Assembly (NCBI GenBank): GCA_964016885.1
Contig: OZ024741.1
Coordinates: 150,784,001 to 150,848,000 of the forward strand
Direction: 5' to 3'
DNA from: Eledone cirrhosa
Taxonomy: Eukaryota
DNA length: 64,000 nucleotides
A model generated the notes under the pieces. That model ran no database searches and was not told the origin of the DNA. It saw only the letters and a program-made list of their open reading frames with translations. Of this stretch, positions 57,998-64,000 are shown in pieces. The translations under genes and the position numbers were made by a program. Position 1 is the first letter of the stretch. Every line of letters begins with the position of its first letter.

Positions 57998-58594
57998 CAC
58001 GCGTGTGTAAATTAGGGTCAGAGTTAGTGATCTACTTTATTTATATATATATACGTTACTATTTGTGAACATCTTTCATTATGTAAAACTTACCCATTTT
58101 GCTTCATTTTTCCCTGTTTTGAGGCCCTTTTTTTCATGGTAATCCCCGTTGGGGTTTATAGAGTTTGGCAAATCTGCACCTGACATATTTCGTCGAAAAC
58201 CTATAAATATAAATGTCTTTTAAACAGGCAAAATATTTTCCTTACTTAGTAACCAGTCTTTAAAAAGTTGAAACTCTACAGGAGGCATGGATGTATGGTA
58301 GAGGAGCTCATTTGGCAACCACGTGTTTCGGGGTGCGGTCTCACAAAGCGGCACTTTAGGGACGAGCCCTCTACAACAGTTTTCGGTTGATTAATGCATA
58401 GTAAATGGAACTTGGTAGACGTAAACTGCAAAGCTCGTCTTTTATACACACACACACACACACAGAGAGACGCCCCCTCACACGCATATATACATATATA
58501 TGTATCTGTATGTGTATGTGTGTGCATGTGTCAGTTACCATATCTATGTTTAAGTTTATGCACGTGTTTCTGTTTAAGTCACGTAATGTAGTTG

Positions 58595-58628
<34 letters not shown>

Positions 58629-58711
58629 CATGCCTATATCAAATATATATATATATATATATATATTACATGCCTATATCAAATATATATATATTACATG
58701 CTTATATCATG

Positions 58712-58773
<62 letters not shown>

Positions 58774-59131
58774 CATGCCTATAATGTAGTTGTTCGACAA
58801 AAAAATCTAAAGCTTTATTAAAGAGAGTAACAAAATATTTTCGTATTTCTTTACGGTTTCATTGCAAAGGAATGAAATATATATATATATATACATATAT
58901 ACAAATATAAATTAGCGAGAATCGTATTTCGGCTTAGGAATTAACGAAAAACAACTTCCGAGATGTATGGCAAGCGCTCAATGATTCAGATGAACCAGAG
59001 CTACAACATACGTTAAAAGCCAAACACACTGAGACGATGGTTAAACAATCATCCGCACAGCCATAAAAACGACCAAATAATTCGGGTCAAACAAATAAAA
59101 ATATATGTGATTGAAAAAAAAAAAAAAAAAG

Positions 59132-59171
<40 letters not shown>

Positions 59172-59176
<5 letters not shown>

Positions 59177-59934
59177 AATATGATAATAAGGGCGCTGCGG
59201 AGTTGCAAATGGGTTACATATGAAAAAAGTTTGTCCTTCATCAGTGATCTTCCAACTATCATAGGCATTTCATATGATAGTTGGAAGATCACTGATGAAG
59301 AACAAACTTTTTTCATATGTAACCCATTTGCAACTCCGCAGCGCCCTTATTATCATATTTACACATATTTTTTCCTCTGCTGCTACACCGTCTTTTTCGT
59401 TCTATGTATCTTTACCCTTTCTAGCAGTCTCTCTCTCTCTGTTAGCCTCTTCCTCACCTCACCCTTCACTCACTCATTCTCTGTCACTACCTCTCCTCCT
59501 CCTCCTCTTTCTTCCCGTTTGACCTGTGAGTAACTCTTTTCTCTCACATTCTCGGCCAAGCTGGTCGGAATTTTTTCTCTCTCGTCTACGATTTCACAGA
59601 ACTTATGTTTACCGAATTCGCAGACCAGACCCCTTCTTCCTCCCGTTAGACCTGTGCGAAATTCCTTCTTTGCTCACATTTCAACCAGGTTTGATGGTCT
59701 TTATTCTCTCGTTCACGATTTCACCGAACTTAAATTCATAGAAATCTGGGACTTGTCTCCTTCTTCCTCACTTTCTGTTGCCTCACCATTTTGTTTGTTT
59801 ACCCTTGCGTCCCCTTTATTTACGTGTCCCAACGACTTTTTTTAGCCGTTGCTCGCACCAACCGGAGGTATATGGTTTTTAAAGCGATGAAATGCCTATG
59901 ATAGTTGGAAGATCACTGATGAAGGACAAACTTT

Positions 59935-59942
<8 letters not shown>
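59172..59942 (+). mobile_element. Element with 5' fold-back and terminal direct repeat (period 624)
   Basis: Palindrome 59172-59361; 59273-59318 repeated at 59897-59942; flanked by (TA)n. Confidence 0.8.
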
Positions 59943-59975
<33 letters not shown>

Positions 59976-59976
<1 letters not shown>

Positions 59977-60389
59977 TATAAACGTTTGTATTTGTAAAGC
60001 CAAAACAATGCAGATATGGATATAGAATATAAATGCAAATGCAAAAGATATTGTTGACAATTAGTCTTTTACCTTGAATTTATTTAAATAACCTTAATTT
60101 TCGAGATAGTATCTCTTCTTCGGAGGGAAGTAAAGTGGTTAAACCAGCGTTCTAAATAGCTTGCCAAGTCGTTTAGAACGCTGATTTAACCACTTTACTT
60201 CCCTCCGAAGAAGAGATATTATCTCGGAAATTAAGGATGTTTAAATAAATTTAAGGTAAAAGACTAATTGTCAACAATATCGTTTGCATTTGCATTTATA
60301 TTCTATATCCATATTTGCATTGTTTTGGCTTTACAAATACAAACGTTTATACCTCATTACACAATGCTTCAATTGAACTATAACTTCCT

Positions 60390-60395
<6 letters not shown>
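59976..60395 (+). mobile_element. 377-bp fold-back element with minimal HHR-like motif in both arms
   Basis: Palindrome 59976-60352; - arm reads cct-CCGAAGA-a-gagata-c-tatctc-GAAA-attA-agg. Confidence 0.75.
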
Positions 60396-60424
<29 letters not shown>

Positions 60425-60429
<5 letters not shown>

Positions 60430-60564
60430 AACAAGTAAGACCCCGACGGCTGTATAGAATTAGCCGTCGGGGTCTTACTTGTTCCTATTACCCACTCTAC
60501 TACCCTAAGTATTGAGTACTTTGGTGCGTTATTGTCCACCTGGTTCCTTACCACATTTCCTTCG

Positions 60565-60568
<4 letters not shown>
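60425..60568 (+). mobile_element. Family A fold-back element, centre deleted
   Basis: gaccccgacggct-gtatagaatt-agccgtcggggtc followed by the family tail. Confidence 0.88.
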
Positions 60569-60608
<40 letters not shown>

Positions 60609-60824
60609 CATGCCTATATCAAATATATCCGCTAAGGTGAAACAATTGTTCTCGGTATGGTGAACTAACTGTTGAGTAACCACTTCTAGCTAACTCGTCC
60701 CATGGACTGAGTACTCTACCACTACGGATATTACCTTCCAGTGTTCTATCACTATATATATATATATATGTGTGTGTGCGTGTGTGTGTGTATGTGTGTG
60801 TAATATATATGTAGCTATCTATAT

Positions 60825-61076
60825 GAAGATGCGTGGCTGAGTGGTTAGACAATTGGATTCTCAATGGTGAGGTTGTGATTTCGATTCCCGGACCGGGTGA
60901 CGCGTTATGTCCTTGAGCAAGACACTTTATTTCACATTACTCCTTCTGCCTGGATTTGCGACCGACAGATAGTATTAGCAATTGGAAAGACGAATGGAAA
61001 CATTGGTTCTTTGGTCCGATTTGATGAGCTCCACCGCACTCGTTAAGCAAATGAGGTCTGGGATGTTATCAATCGA

Positions 61077-61080
<4 letters not shown>
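60825..61080 (+). mobile_element. tRNA-derived CORE-type SINE
   Basis: tggctgagtggttag box A, ttcgattcc box B, ccttgagcaagacac. Confidence 0.82.
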
Positions 61081-61137
<57 letters not shown>

Positions 61138-61655
61138 GGTTTATTTAATATTTTTTCTACAAACATACACACATTATAAAGTCACAGCAAGAAATTGTGA
61201 GAAAATGAGGCGTCCATACATACAAACGAAGACTTTGTAAGAAGAAATGATAAAAAAAATTTACGTTTTAACAAAAATGGGAGTAGGAGATTCTGCAATT
61301 AAATTCAAAATAGATATATTTAGATACTAATGGAAATAGAGACAAAGGAGCGGAGAGAAAGACACACACACACACAACCGCACACTCACGCACACACACA
61401 CACAAATACAAACACACACGCGCGCACGCACAAATCTGCACAAATGCTCACACACACATACGCACACGCACACACAAGTAGGCACTACACGCTCAAATCA
61501 CACACACGCGTACATACACACACATACATACATATAGTCAGAGAAAGAAAGAGAGGAGAGATGTGTAGGTGCAGGAGGAGGTGGGAACAGTGTGGAATAA
61601 AACGTAACTGTGACGTGGAGGTAACAAACCAGAAAATAGATGTTTTTTGTGTCTA

Positions 61656-61715
<60 letters not shown>

Positions 61716-61887
61716 TATATATATATTTATATATATAAACGGAAAAACGGTACGATGTTTACAAACACACCGAGCATTATAATAAATGTTCGGTAAATCC
61801 ATACGTACATATATTTTTGTGTGCATGTATGTATATATATACATACTACTGTACGTCTGTATACATATATATAGGTACGTATACATA

Positions 61888-61971
<84 letters not shown>

Positions 61972-62153
61972 CATATATAATATATATATATATACTTATA
62001 TATATAATATATATATATATACTTATATATATATGCATATATATATATTATAATTATATATATATATTTTAATTATATATATATATAAATATATAAATAT
62101 ATATATATAAATATATAATTATAATATATATATATATATATATATAATTATAA

Positions 62154-62187
<34 letters not shown>

Positions 62188-62340
62188 CATATATGTATAT
62201 ATAAATATATATTATATATATATAATATACATATATAAATATTATATATATATATATTATAATTATATATATATATAAATATATATTATAATTATATATA
62301 TATATAAATATATAATTATAATATATATGTATATATATAA

Positions 62341-62407
<67 letters not shown>

Positions 62408-62454
62408 CATATATATATATATATAAATATATATATATACATATACATATATAT

Positions 62455-62570
<116 letters not shown>

Positions 62571-62959
62571 TGTTATACTTGGGGAGGGTCATATTTGTGT
62601 AATAATATTGCCAGAATTAATAACAGAACACACTCACTCTTTGGTTGGTTTTCGCTTCTGTGTCTTTTATATCGGTTAATTTAATTTATTTGGCCCTCAA
62701 TGTTGCCATTGACTGACAAACGGCCAAAAATACAGATACAATATAAACACAAACACATATATATAGTCTAACAAAGTTCTTTCGTTGCACATCTGCAACA
62801 TCGTCAGTAGTGCTATTATGTTTCCTCCCGTTGTATTGTATGCCTACGCCATCTTTATTTAGTCTGTTTATTTATTTATTTATTTATTTATAAATATATA
62901 TATATATATTATATATATATATTATATATATATTATAATTATATATATATATATAATTA

Positions 62960-63070
62960 GAATCCAGCCGAGGTTAACTTTGCCTTTCATGCTTACGGGG
63001 TCGATAAAATAAAGTACCAGTAATGTACTGGTGAATTGGTGGCCTTGTGCCTAAATTAGAAACAATTATA
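62960..63070 (+). mobile_element. Nin-type SINE 3' half
   Basis: gccgaggttaactttgcctttcat..gtcgataaaataaagtaccag. Confidence 0.85.
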
Positions 63071-63206
63071 GTTATATATATATATATATATATTATAATT
63101 ATATATATATATAAATATCTAATTATAATATATATATATATAAATATCTACATATATATACATATATATATATATATACATATATCTATATATATATATA
63201 TATACA

Positions 63207-63304
<98 letters not shown>

Positions 63305-63707
63305 TGTGTGTGTCCGTCGGCACGTGTTTAGACGTAGACATGTATACATACATATATTTATATATAGATATACATACACACACACACACTCACACACACA
63401 CACTCACACACACCCACACCCCCCCACACACACATACACACACACACACATATACATATATACATACATATATAATCAAGGTTATGATAGATGTACAATT
63501 TATATTTTACAAGAGTCTAATGAAGGAAAAAGTGTTTACATTTCCATTGAGCTGGTACCAGGAATAACGAAATACATGAATAACGCTTACATACTCACAC
63601 ACATATAGACACACATGCAAATACACATTCGCAAATTACAATCCAAATCAGAACAACAATACTAAGAACAACAAAAACAACACCAACTCAACTTGTATGT
63701 ATGCACG

Positions 63708-63857
<150 letters not shown>

Positions 63858-63869
63858 TATATATATATA

Positions 63870-63913
<44 letters not shown>

Positions 63914-63939
63914 CTTACATATATATATATATACATATG

Positions 63940-63971
<32 letters not shown>

Positions 63972-64000
63972 CTCTTTTACCTGTTTCAGCCATCCGGCTG

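Noticed and set aside
59885-59925. Type II hammerhead (GAAA..tgat/atca-CTGATGA)
   Set aside because: No stem II pairing found.

Overview
This is a eukaryotic, AT-rich, microsatellite-dense window with no convincing host gene. The SINE, LINE and (TA)n content suggests a cephalopod such as Octopus, which is an inference. Recognisable elements are a long open Tx1/L1-type LINE ORF2, an R4/Dong-type LINE in (TAA)n, a Penelope-like element (PLE; RT plus GIY-YIG) and a second PLE fragment, decayed RTE, Gypsy and pogo/Tigger copies, a mariner-type MITE, many tRNA-derived SINEs and several satellites. The most striking hidden structure is a set of short non-coding inserts in (TA)n tracts that carry type I hammerhead ribozymes (HHR). 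About a dozen loci from several unrelated families are involved, and three have a U3-A8 covariant core. Many are fold-back palindromes centred on or just 5' of ribozyme stem II, and the two arms of a copy share variants absent from other copies. One is a 487-nt retrozyme-like unit. All folds were read by eye and no searches were run.
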